Assembly (NCBI GenBank): GCA_950097015.1
Contig: CATNEN010000039.1
Span: forward strand, 15,872,001-15,936,000
Direction of reading: 5' to 3'
Source: Macrostomum hystrix
Lineage: Eukaryota; Animalia; Platyhelminthes
DNA length: 64,000 bases
How positions within the stretch are numbered: position 1 is the first letter of the stretch; every line of letters begins with the position of its first letter. Below, one piece after another: positions 51,488 through 63,300 of this stretch. The notes below the pieces were generated by a model, which was given only the letters and a program-made list of their open reading frames with translations, made no database searches and was not told the DNA's origin. A program made the position numbers and the translations under genes.

Positions 51488-52189
51488 ATCCGGAGCTAAG
51501 TGCATCACCATCCGACAAGTGCCAGTTGTATCGTGTTCTGAGAGCAATAAAAAGCTAAATGTATGTTTTTTTTCGCTGGACAAAAATAGTGACTGCACTT
51601 CATTTGTCTATAATTCAATAATTTTGCAATTAAATTGCGAATTTATATTCAGAAACACAGATAGGTGCTTTTGTTGGGTTGTAGTATTGCTTGTACGTAC
51701 GTCGTAGAATCATAATAATTAACTGTCTCGTTACTTAACTTAAGGAATGGCTACTCAAGAACCTTTTAAACCTTTGCTCGTGTCGTAGTGGCTTTCAGTT
51801 TGCGTTTCTCTGCATTGACCATTAGAAAAGTGTCAGTTAAAACTGACTGCCCGTTTGAAGAGGTACTGAATTGAAATTTGCTTTAATTTGCAAATCTGTG
51901 CAAGTTTTTTTATTTCCTCCGTTCACTTAAATGAATTTCGTGCATGCTTTAACAGTTGAAATCGGTCTTAACTGAACTGAATTCCTTAGCTTTTTCTATC
52001 GTTTAGAAAACAAAAATACAACAATAAGCGATTTGAGAACTCTGCTTTCATACGCACGTTTTTTACATTTTCAAATTGACTACAGAAAGATTACTTACTG
52101 TTTGTACTTTTATTTAATGCTTATTTGCTGAATAATTCAAATCTATTGTTAAGTACAGTTGGATTGCTTAGTTTATCTTGAGAACAACA

Positions 52190-52542
52190 TTATGATGTTA
52201 GACATGAAGTTTATTACTCCATACTATACATGCATTGACAAGAATATGATAGACAGAGCTCGAACATGTTAGACATAAGCTGAAGCATGGTAGACAATTC
52301 ATAGAACACGTGAGACATAATTAGAACACGTGAGACATAATTAGAACACGTGAGACACGAAATCAAGGATGTTAGACATGAGCTAGAACATGTTAGACAA
52401 TAGATAGAACATATAGTTAGACCTTATATTGAACATGTTGATGATTCAAATGATTAGGTTGGACATTTGATTTTGATCAAACAATCGAACATGTTAGACC
52501 TAAAATCGAATATGTTAGACATGAGCTCGAGCTTGTTAGACT
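52190..52542 (+). repeat. Degenerate ~20-bp repeat around gaacatgttagacat
   Basis: Recurrent gaacatgttagac / gaacacgtgagac motifs. Confidence 0.7.
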
Positions 52543-53091
52543 TCACAAGAGAGCAAATGCTCTCATTAAATTTCTTTGCCAAATGTCTTTCTACGAGTAT
52601 CTGGTCTGATCTTGCTAATTATTTCAATGGAGGAGAAATTTAACGGCTTAATTTCGTGGCCGCGACGGGTGAATGACTTTCCGGCCAATCTCGGTGATGA
52701 TGTCGATTCCAGTATCTGGCAGGCTTCCGCTGCGTCAGGCGTCAACTCTCCGGTTTAGGAGCATTTATTGTGAAATTCCGGCTTTCGAAGCGGATTCACC
52801 TGAGGCATAAAATCGTACGGATCAGCCGCCACGCAGCGGCACAATGGGTCGTGCAGGACGATGCAAACGGCCATTTGTAGTGAAACTCATCGTACACGCA
52901 TTTTTGGAAAAAATCGCCCAGTAGATCTCATGACCTGTACCAAACCGTTGGCGAAGCGCGGCAGAGTTCAAGATCCGTATTATAGTTCATGAACTTGTGG
53001 CCCGGCACACTCAGCGCGATGGCGTTCAGTACACTGCTGTAGGGAAAAAGTTTCAAGACAATGTGTATGGGAATACAATTGATTCAACAGT

Positions 53092-53841
53092 CTGGGATCT
53101 GAATGGTTGGGGATTCGACTGTCAGGGGATCTGAATGGTTGGGGATTTGGCTGTCAGGGGATCTGAATGGTTGGGGATTCGACTGTCAGGGGATCTGAAT
53201 GGTTGGGGTTTCGACTGTCAGGGGATCTGAATGGTTGGGGATTCGACTGTCAGGGGATCTGAATGGTTGGGGTTTCGACTGTCAGGGGATCTGAATGGTT
53301 GGGGATTCGACTGTCAGGGGATCTGAATGGTTGGGGATTCGACTGTCAGGGGATCTGAATGGTTGGGGTTTCGACTGTCAGGGGATCTGAATGGTTGGGG
53401 ATTCGACTGTCAGGGGATCTGAATGGTTGGGGATTCGACTGTCAGGGGATCTGAATGGTTGGGGTTTCGACTGTCAGGGGATCTGAATGGTTGGGGATTC
53501 GACTGTCAGGGAATATGAATGGTTGGGGATTTGACTGTCAGGGAATATGAATGGTTGGGGATTTGACTGTCAGGGGATCTGAATGGTTGGGGATTCAACT
53601 GTCAGGGGATCTGAATGGTTGGGGATTCGACTGTCAGGGGATCTGAATGGTTGGGGTTTCGACTGTCAGGGGATCTGAATGGTTGGGGATTCGACTGTCA
53701 GGGAATATGAATGGTTGGGGATTTGACTGTCAGGGAATATGAATGGTTGGGGATTTGACTGTCAGGGGATCTGAATGGTTGGGGATTCAACTGTCAGGGG
53801 ATCTGAATGGTTTGGGATTCGACTGTCAGGGAATATGAATC
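53092..53841 (+). repeat. 32-bp G-rich minisatellite (ggggatctgaatggttggggattcgactgtca)n
   Basis: Tandem array seen directly. Confidence 0.97.
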
Positions 53842-53969
53842 CACTGTTAAATGTGGTAATATGAGAGTCCCTATTTTAGAAGGCGATTTTTTATATTAGT
53901 TGCATGGCCGATTGTTGCATGGGTTGTTAATAGTCGGTTAACTGTTTATGTCTGACAGTTTATGTACAC

Positions 53970-54090
53970 CAGGGTCGGCAAACTCCGGCCCGCGGGCCAG
54001 ATGCGGCCCTCGAAGCTCCCAAATCTGGCCCGTTGCCCCTTCTAAAACCTATTAGTATCCTGTCTCGTCTCTCCGTGTATCCGAGCCCTG
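53970..54090 (+). mobile_element. 121-bp hAT (Charlie/Buster-type) MITE with 8-bp TSD
   Basis: Left end cagggtcggcaaactccggcccgcgggcca resembles MER58/Charlie termini; right end ccgagccctg. Flanks atgtacac (53962-53969) and gtgtacac (54091-54098) match at 7/8 and have a central TA. Confidence 0.8.
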
Positions 54091-54373
54091 GTGTACACTA
54101 TTACTTTGCCTTGTGGGCTTGCCCCCATGTCAGTACTTGAGGGCTAAATTCATGCCTAGATAAAGCAATCGAGGCACCTTAATAAGTAAATGAATATTCG
54201 TCATCATGAAAAGGCTATTATACTGAAGTGTTTATCTGTTGTACATTAAATCCTTATCAATTTTAGTTGCGCAGATACAGTCTTTTAAATAAAAAGAGCA
54301 GAAATGACTGTCCGAGAGTTAGTCGCGTGGTTTCTCTTTACAGTTACAGATTGTTTTGATCCCTTATTGTGAA

Positions 54374-57300
54374 ATGAGAGCCAAATATTTGCTAACTTTT
54401 ATTTTAACTGGTGCAATCGTACAAGGTGCTTTTGTCCATAGAATGAGCATCAGCAGCAGCAGTTGGCGCTTTTCCGAGGACCAGCGGCAAACCATGGCAG
54501 TAACCAGACTGTCGGAACGCCTACTGGGACACGATGCATCCAGATTTACATTCAGTGTGACTCCAGATGCCCAGCTGCCCAGGCATCAAGCTCTGGTAAT
54601 GCAGACTGTGGTATATTAGCTGTCCTAGGTTTGTTAGAGTAGAAACGCTGCGTTCTTTTTCAAATAGTTATAATCTCACAAGGGAACATGTTTGTGTATT
54701 TGAGGAGCACACTTACATTGACATTGCTTTAGTTCAACTTAGCAATAAAATAGGTATCATTTGCGTGGGAGAGACTAGATCCAAATGCGAGAGACTAGAT
54801 CTAGATGGGAGAGACTAGATCTAGATGGGAGAGAATAGATCCAGATGGGAGAGAATAGATCCAGATGGGAGAGAATAGATCTATATATTTATAGTGAAAT
54901 TCTGGATTTCACTCCTATTCTCCTATTCTAGATGGGAGAGAATAGATCTAGATGGGAGAGAATAGATCCAGATGGGAGAGACTAGATCTAGATGGGAGAG
55001 AATAGATCCAGATGGGAGAGAATAGATCCGGATGGGAGAGACTGGATCCAGATGGGAGAGAATAGATCTAGATGGGAGAGAATAGATCCAGATAGGAGAG
55101 AATAGATCAAGATGGGAGAGAATAGATCAAGATGGGAGAGACTGGATATAGATGGGAGAGTCTGGATCTAGATGGGAGAGAATAGATCCAGATAGGAGAG
55201 AATAGATCCAGATGGGAGAGAATAGATCAAGATGGGAGAGACTGGATATAGATGGGAGAGTCTGGATCTAGATGGGAGAGACTAGATCCAGATGGGAGAG
55301 ACTAGATCTAGATGGGAGAGAATAGATCCAGATGGGAGAGAATAGATCCGGATGGGAGAGACTGGATCCAGATGGGAGAGAATAGATCTAGATGGGAGAG
55401 AATAGATCCAGATAGGAGAGAATAGATCCAGATGGGAGAGACTGGATATAGATGGGAGAGTCTGGATCTAGATGGGAGAGACTAGATCCAGATGGGAGAG
55501 ACTAGATCCAGATGGGAGAGATAAGTTTACATTTAACATTATTCTCAATGATGGAATACACTCGAAAGCATCCCCCTGGTCGCAAGGTAAAAAACACGGG
55601 GCCCAACAGTGTGAGTATCACTGGCAATTCCGGAGTTGCCGCCGCATGGGCCCTTCATCGCTACCTGACTGAGCACTGCTCAGCACTGGTGGCCTGGTCC
55701 GCCGCCCAGGTAGCCCTGCCGCCCGATCACCTGCCCATGGTCCATCAAGGTCAACTGAACCTATCATCATTGGACACGTACACAGCCATGCCGAATGTGG
55801 TTACATTTTCCTATTCCTATGTCTGGTGGAACTTCTCAGATTGGGAACGCCACATCGACTGGATGGCCCTGCACGGCGTGAACCTGGCCTATTCGCTAAC
55901 CGGCTTTGAACAGGTGTTCGCCAACGCCATGCTCAGTTTTGGCCTAACAGCAGCCGATCTGGAGACCTATTTTCCTGGGCCTGCCTTTCTGGCCTGGTGA
56001 GGATTTGAAAGTTGCTGGGCTTATAAATCTGATGTTAAGTAATAAATAAATAAATTTATGATAATTAATGTCAGGTGTTACTTCTGACTCTCGCAAAAGT
56101 GAAGCCCCTGTGGGCGGTCAACGGTCAATTTTTTTGGGGCGCAGCCGCGGAGAGAAGGCTTGGGGGCTTGTCGTGCAATTTACGCCCTTGTAGGCCAACC
56201 TCAAAGGCACAAAGGCAAAGGAGAGTGTACACTGCCTGACGATGTAAAAGTCAGGGTAGATGTACACACCCTGTTTAAGCGTACGGTGTGCGTGTGTGCT
56301 TAAGAGTCAGCGAAATGGGCAGAATTGCCTCCTCGCTGGTTGCGGGTTAGTGTCACCGAATGATGTGCCATTGCGCGCAACACTCCTGCAAGCATTATTA
56401 TTATTGCTTAGTGATCAGAGTGATGGACTTCAGATGCTCCGCGCAATAGCTGCGGCTGTGCCTCACAGACCCTGCAGATATTATCATTATCAAACAGGCA
56501 AAAGGGACAGAACATCCGTGTCTTATACTAATGGACTTTGCCTAATTGTGCTTAGACTATCTTTTACTCGGCATTATTTACAGGGGCCGCATGGGTAACC
56601 TGAAGTCCTGGGGCGGCCCTTTGCCAGACTTCTGGCGCCGGAACCAAGCCGACCTGCAGCGCCGAATTCTTGAAAGGATGACGTCACTGGGCATGACGCC
56701 CGTGCTGCAGGGCTTTTCTGGCATGGTCCCTGACGCATTTGTTCAGTAAGTTTTAACAAATATTTGTTCATCGTCAAATATTTTTTTGTTTTGAGCTACG
56801 TAGCTTTGTGTTAAAACTTTTTCCAACTTCTATATAATTGGAAATAGTTGGATGGGGCTGTTCAGTCCATGGACCACCTTCAATTATCCCAGCTAATGTA
56901 GTTAAGTGTCTTCCAAAGGAACACAAATACTCGTAGTTTCAGTGGACTATGGAGTTCAGTGAACTCCAAATCTTAAAGTTGTGAGTCTGACAGTCTAATC
57001 TAGGCTACAGTCCTTGTTGAGCAACATGAGCTAAGCTATGTGATTTCTGTGAATTTCCAATATTGAAGGACGTTTTTCAAAAAGGCAGTCAATCAATTAG
57101 TCTAAAAATGAATTTGTTTAAACTAAACTCAAACGAATTGCAAATGGTAGCATGGCGGGTCAAGCGCAAGGCAGTTCCAAAATAGGAAAATACGAGTATT
57201 GACCAATGCTATTTCTATCGGTAAAGTTAATTCCTAGTAACAGTTCAAATACCATTTAAATCGATGTGCACTTAGATTAGATTAGCTAATCGCTTTTAAA

Positions 57301-60300
57301 TTGGCAGCTGTATCAGCAAATAGCTAGCCATTGTTAATGTTTAAGCTCCCTTCAATATTCATTGGTAGACGCTAATTGACCGCTCCGAACTGAGTGGTCA
57401 ATTAACCAAAAACGTTTGCCCTAAGTGGCACACCTGCTCAGCAGTCAAACAAGAAGCAGCGGTATAAATCTGCGAAATAAAACTGGCGTCCTGAGCAGTC
57501 TGAAATCCAGAGTTCGACCTTCTTTGCGGTGATCTGAGCTTTGCTACTAGCCCAAACCTGCTGTTCTTATGAAGGCCACCGCTCTCTGCCTGCTGTGGCT
57601 GGCCACTGCGGCATCCGTGCAGTGCCAGTACACCAGCTATGTCTCAGCACTGCCGTCCGCCAACTGCTATCCGAGTCACAACTCCGGCAGCTACCCGTCC
57701 TACTCAAGGATGATCACCTGGACCACTCACTACCCGACCAGCTCCTGGTATCCGACCAGCTCCTGGTATCCGACCAGCTCCTGGTATCCGACCAGCTCCT
57801 GGTATCCGACCAGCTCCTGGTATCCGACCAGCTCCTGGTATCCGACCAGCTCCTGGTACCCGACCAGCTCCTGGTATCCGACCAGCTCCTGGTACCCGAC
57901 CAGCTCCTGGTATCCGAGCCACTCGTGGCGTCCATCTAGCTCCTGGTACCCGACCAGCTCCTGGTATCCGAGCCACTCGTGGCGTCCATCTAGCTCCTGG
58001 TACCCGACCAGCTCCTGGTATCCGAGCCACTCGTGGCGTCCATCTAGCTCCTGGTACCCGACCAGCTCCTGGTATCCGAGCCACTCGTGGCGTCCATCTA
58101 GCTCCTGGTACCCGACCAGCTCCTGGTATCCAACCAGCTCCTGGTACCCGACCAGCTCGTGGTATCCGAGCCACTCGTGGCGTCCATCTAGCTCCTGGTA
58201 TCCGACCAGCTCCTGGTATCCTAGCCACTCGTGGCATCCGACCAGCTCGTGGTATCCGAGCCACTCGTGGCGTCCATCTAGCTCCTGGTATCCGACCAGC
58301 TCCTGGTATCCGACCAGCTCCTGGTATCCGAGCCACTCGTGGCGTCCATCTAGCTCCTGGTATCCGACCAGCTCGTGGTATCCGAGCCACTCGTGGCGTC
58401 CATCTAGCTCCTGGTATCCGACCAGCTCCTGGTATCCAAGCCACTCGTGGCGTCCATCTAGCTCCTGGTATCCGACCAGCTCGTGGTATCCGACCAGCTC
58501 CTGGTATCCGAGCCACTCGTGGCGTCCATCTAGCTCCTGGTATCCGACCAGCTCGTGGTATCCGAGCCACTCGTGGCGTCCATCTAGCTCCTGGTATCCG
58601 ACCAGCTCCTGGTATCCGAGCCACTCGTGGCGTCCATCTAGCTCCTGGTATCCGACCAGCTCGTGGTATCCGACCAGCTCCTGGTATCCGAGCCACTCGT
58701 GGCGTCCATCTAGCTCCTGGTATCCGACCAGCTCGTGGTATCCGAGCCACTCGTGGCGTCCATCTAGCTCCTGGTATCCGACCAGCTCCTGGTATCCGAG
58801 CCACTCGTGGCGTCCGTCAAGCTCCTGGTACCCCAGCCACTCGTGGTCCGGATACGCCCGTTCGAGCTCCTACAGGCCATCAAGTCGCTATTATTACTAG
58901 GTCTAAGACCGCACCAGCTCTGATGCAACCCTGGATTTTCTGATTTCGCCCATGACCTGAAATATTTATTTAATAAACTTTGGTGGTGGAATCAGCCAAA
59001 TTATGTCACAACTGCTAACAACTACCTGCCAGGAAGAAAAAGAATGCGAGAAATTCTCCTCTGACCTGTCAACAAAAATATATCTATTTGTACAAGCTTG
59101 TGTGGCCATTGTTCTGTTTAGATAAGTCTATGAATGAAAGCGGTGCATATAAATGATCTCGATGGCTTCATTGTTTTTTTTTTTTATCGAATCTTAAGCG
59201 AATCGAACAATTTTACAGGTTGCAAAAGTGTGTGTAGAAATGAATTTTTAATCAGAATTTTATAAGGGCTCATTCATTTGGAGTGGGCTTGTCGGGCAAT
59301 TTATACTAACTAGGGCCGACACTTATGTGTTCTTGTGTTCTCAACTGCTCTTTGGGTGTTCTTTAGTATAAATGTGTGTTCTCAAGGAGTCAGAGCACGG
59401 GGAATAAAGGTACGAGGTAAATTTTATAAAATTTCTACACATTTTCAGAAAGTACCCAAGCGTCAACTACACGCGGTTGTCCGATTGGAACAACTTTGGA
59501 CAGAACTATTCCCAGTGCGTACTCATCTCATACTCAGTTTTTCGGGGATGCCATTGATGCAAACTATTGATGCCATTAATTCAATTTCCAGGGTTTACTT
59601 TGTTAATCCGAAAGACCCGATGTTTGTCAACCTGTCGGTGGCCATCATTAGAGAGGTGAACTCAAAATTGTTGTTTTATCATTGGTTCACTTTTTGGAAC
59701 AAAACTTTTTATCAGGCAAGTTAAGCGTTGTCCGCACTGTCGTGGGTTGGGTGTCAACTCACATCTTGCTCCTGGCATCCGACAAGCTCCTGGTACCCAT
59801 CTAGCTCCTGATACCCATCTAGCTCCAGGTACCCATCTAGCTCCAGGTACCCATCTAGCTCCTGATACTCATCTAGCTCCAGGTACCCATCTAGCTCCTG
59901 ATACCCATCTAGCTCCAGGTACCCATCTAGCTCCAGGTACCCATCTAGCTCCTGATACCCATCTAGCTCCAGGTACCCATCTAGCTCCAGGTACCCATCT
60001 AGCTCCTGATACTCATCTAGCTCCTGGCATCCGACAAGCTCCTAGTACCCATCTAGCTCCTGGTACCCATCTAGCTCCTGGTACCCATCTAGCTCCAGGT
60101 ACCCATCTAGCTCCAGGTACCCATCTAGCTCCAGGTATTCTGCAAGCTCCAGGTATTCTGCAAGCTCCAGGTACCCATCTAGCTCCAGGTATTCTGCAAG
60201 CTCCAGGTACCCATCTAGCTCCAGGTATTCTGCAAGCTCCAGGTACCCATCTAGCTCCAGGTATTCTGCAAGCTCCAGGTACCCATCTAGCTCCAGGTAT

Positions 60301-63300
60301 TCTGCAAGCTCCTGGTACCCATCGAGCTCCTGGTACCCATCGAGCTCCAGGTACCCATCTAGCTCCAGGTATTCTGCAAGCTCCTGGTACCCATCGAGCT
60401 CCTGGTACCCATCGAGCTCCAGGTACCCATCTAGCTCCAGGTATTCTGCAAGCTCCTGGTACCCATCGAGCTCCTGGTACCCATCGAGCTCCAGGTACCC
60501 ATCTAGCTGAGTTGTTGGGTGTCCACTCTGTGATTTTTTCTTTGGGTGTCCACTTACTTATTTCTTTGAAATTGAAATATCTTAAAATGTAATTCGCAGA
60601 ATGTGAAGCTTTTCGGCCCAGTTACTCATCACTACGCCATGGACCCATTCAACGAGATTCTTCCGTCCGATAGGTGCGCGAAATTTCGTTTTTTGTCAAC
60701 GTCAGTTTAGTTCAATTTAGTCGTGATTTTTGACAAAAAACTAGTAATTTCTGTCAGAACTAGCATGTTAAAATAAAAAGGAGTTAAGCGAAATAACAAG
60801 CATTTTTCCAATTTCCTCAAATTTTAGCGATCCCGCGTTCATCAGTGCGGTGAGTGCGGCGATTCTCAATGGCTTCTTAACAGCCGATCCGGCTGGAATT
60901 TGGTGAGTTTGATTCGCGCCGCACCACCTTAATGGGAAATCCATTCAACTCGCTGATTGGATAGAAAATTTGAGGGGAATTCTTTGCTAGCAGTGTTTCT
61001 ATTTTTAGAAACTGAAAACGTAAATTGAATAAATCAAAAAACCAGAAAACTGAAAAATCATAGGGTACTGCAGAGTTGGTTTTTGAACAACGCTGCCGAC
61101 TTTTGGACCCTGGACCGAGCCAAGGCGTTCTTTAATCCAATTGATCCGGTAAGCAGTTTTTGGATTTACTATTGACTCAAATTTTGCTGAAATTCAACAT
61201 CAGAGTACCCATTGCTTGTACTTTGCTTAGTACCGGCACTTAATCTTGCAACAGTCGAAACAGAGAACTTTTTGATAGTAAAATTTGGGAATACGTAGAT
61301 TGGGGATAATGAAGATTGGGGATAATGAAGATTGGGGATAATGAAGATTGGGGATAATGAAGATTGGGGATAATGAAGATTGGGGATAATGAAGATTGGG
61401 GGATAATCAAGATTGGGGATAATGAAGATTGGTAATATGAAGATCGCTAATAGTGAAGTTTGGAAAACTTGGTCGTGTCTCTTAGGCGTACATTTTCTGA
61501 CATGCTTTTCGAAGCCCTGCTATGAAGCCAACTTCCTGCTTCTAGAACCACCTGCTAGTGATGGAGCTGTGGGGCGAGACAGTCGACCTACCGCAGAACT
61601 TGAACGGATTTTTCGGGCACAATTTCGTTTGGACTGCGTTGCACAACTTCGGCGGCAACAATGCCATGTACGGAATGCTGGAACAATTCAACCAGCACGG
61701 ACCTTTCGCGTTGCGCCGACAGTTTCCTAGAAACATGCTTGGCACAGGCGTCATGCCCGAGGGCATCGGGCAGAACGAAGTGGTGTACGAGCTGCTCATG
61801 GAGTTCAATAAGCTAGCTCAGCAGCCTGAGCAGCTCAACCTATGGATTCGGGATTATGCGAGGAGGCGATATGGACTAGAAAACTCGATCCTGCAGGACG
61901 CTTGGGAAGATCTATTGGTGAGCAGGTCTCGCTTGCATTGTTGCAGCTGTTGATAGCGGCGGCTGCTGTGCTGTTGATTGCATTGCTGTGCTGTTGATTG
62001 CATTGCTGTGCTGATTATTGCATTGCTGTACTATTGATTGCATTGCTGTGCTGTTGATTGCATTGCTGTGCTGTTGATTGCATTGCTGTGCTGTTGATTG
62101 CATTGCTGTGCTGTTGATTGCATTGCTGTGCTAGGTTGATTGCATTGCTGTGCTGTTGATTGCATTGCTGTGCTGTTGATTGCATTGCTGTGCTGTTGAT
62201 TGCATTGCTGTGCTAGGTTGATTGCATTGCTGTGCTGATGACTGCAGCTGCTGCTGTGCTGATGGTTGCAGCTGCTGCTGTGCTGATGGTTGCAGCTGCT
62301 GCTGTGCTGATGGTTGCAGCTGCTGCTGTGCTGATGGTTGCAGCTGCTGCTGTGCTGATGGTTGCAGCTGCTGCTGTGCTGATGGTTGCAGCTGCTGCTG
62401 TGCTGATGGTTGCAGCTGCTGCTGTGCTGATGACTGCAGCTGCTGCTGTGCTGATGGTTGCAGCTGCTGCTGTGCTGATGACTGCAGCTGCTGCTGTGCT
62501 GTTGATTGTAGCTGCTGCTGTGCTGTTGATTGCAGCAGCTGCTGTGCTGTTGATTGCAGCGGCTGTTGTGCTGTTGATGGGAGCTGCTGCTGTGCTGATG
62601 ATTTCAGCTACGATAGTGCTGCTACTAAATGGAAAACTAAAAGTTTCTTAGTAAACAGCGGGCTAAATGTCGCAGTTGATTACGAATGCTCAAACTCCAG
62701 GCCACAGTGTACCAGACTCCCAGGGATGGCATGCTCGTGCCGGTGCTTGTTCTGCGCCCGTCTCTATCGTTGAGCGAGACTGCAGACTACAATGCCACTC
62801 TACTTGAGGTCGCATGGAAGAAGCTCATCTTGATCAACGACACCGACAATGTCATGCTGAAGTAAGCTTAAATCGTGAGCACGATTTTTTAAATCTTAGA
62901 TTCTAGAGATTTTTAGAAAAGAACAAACTTTTACAAACAAAAAAGAAAATAAATTTTGCTATGGCCGAATGAAGATTCTGAAGCTTATGGAAAACAACAA
63001 ACTAGCTAATTTTATTAATAGACAAATAAAAGCAATAAACTTGATTAAAATTGACAAACGAGAAAAATGAGAAAACGGAGCAGGGGCTGGAAATTAATGA
63101 AAAAAAAATTCACTGAGAAAAATAACGGTACTTAAAATAAAAAACTGACAATTGTTTCTTAGAAAAAATGATATTCATAAAATTCGGAAATTTAATATAA
63201 CTTTTTATAACTTTATAACCGCATATAGTATATGTATATAATATTATATAATATAACGTATTTAATATAATATATTAAATATATAAATATAAATTATATA

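Noticed and set aside
57704-58804. Antisense RIPGAG-repeat ORF
   Set aside because: A shadow of the sense gene; the signal peptide, TATA, polyA and synonymous pattern all support the + frame.
59747-60592. 281-aa APGTHL-repeat ORF
   Set aside because: TTG start, no signal peptide or promoter; it is an alternate frame of the intronic 18-bp array.
62222-62773. Cys-rich [11 protein letters not shown] resembling a metallothionein or keratin-associated protein
   Set aside because: No ATG start; it is an intronic 24-bp satellite grading from a 20-bp one and overlaps a NAGLU exon out of frame.
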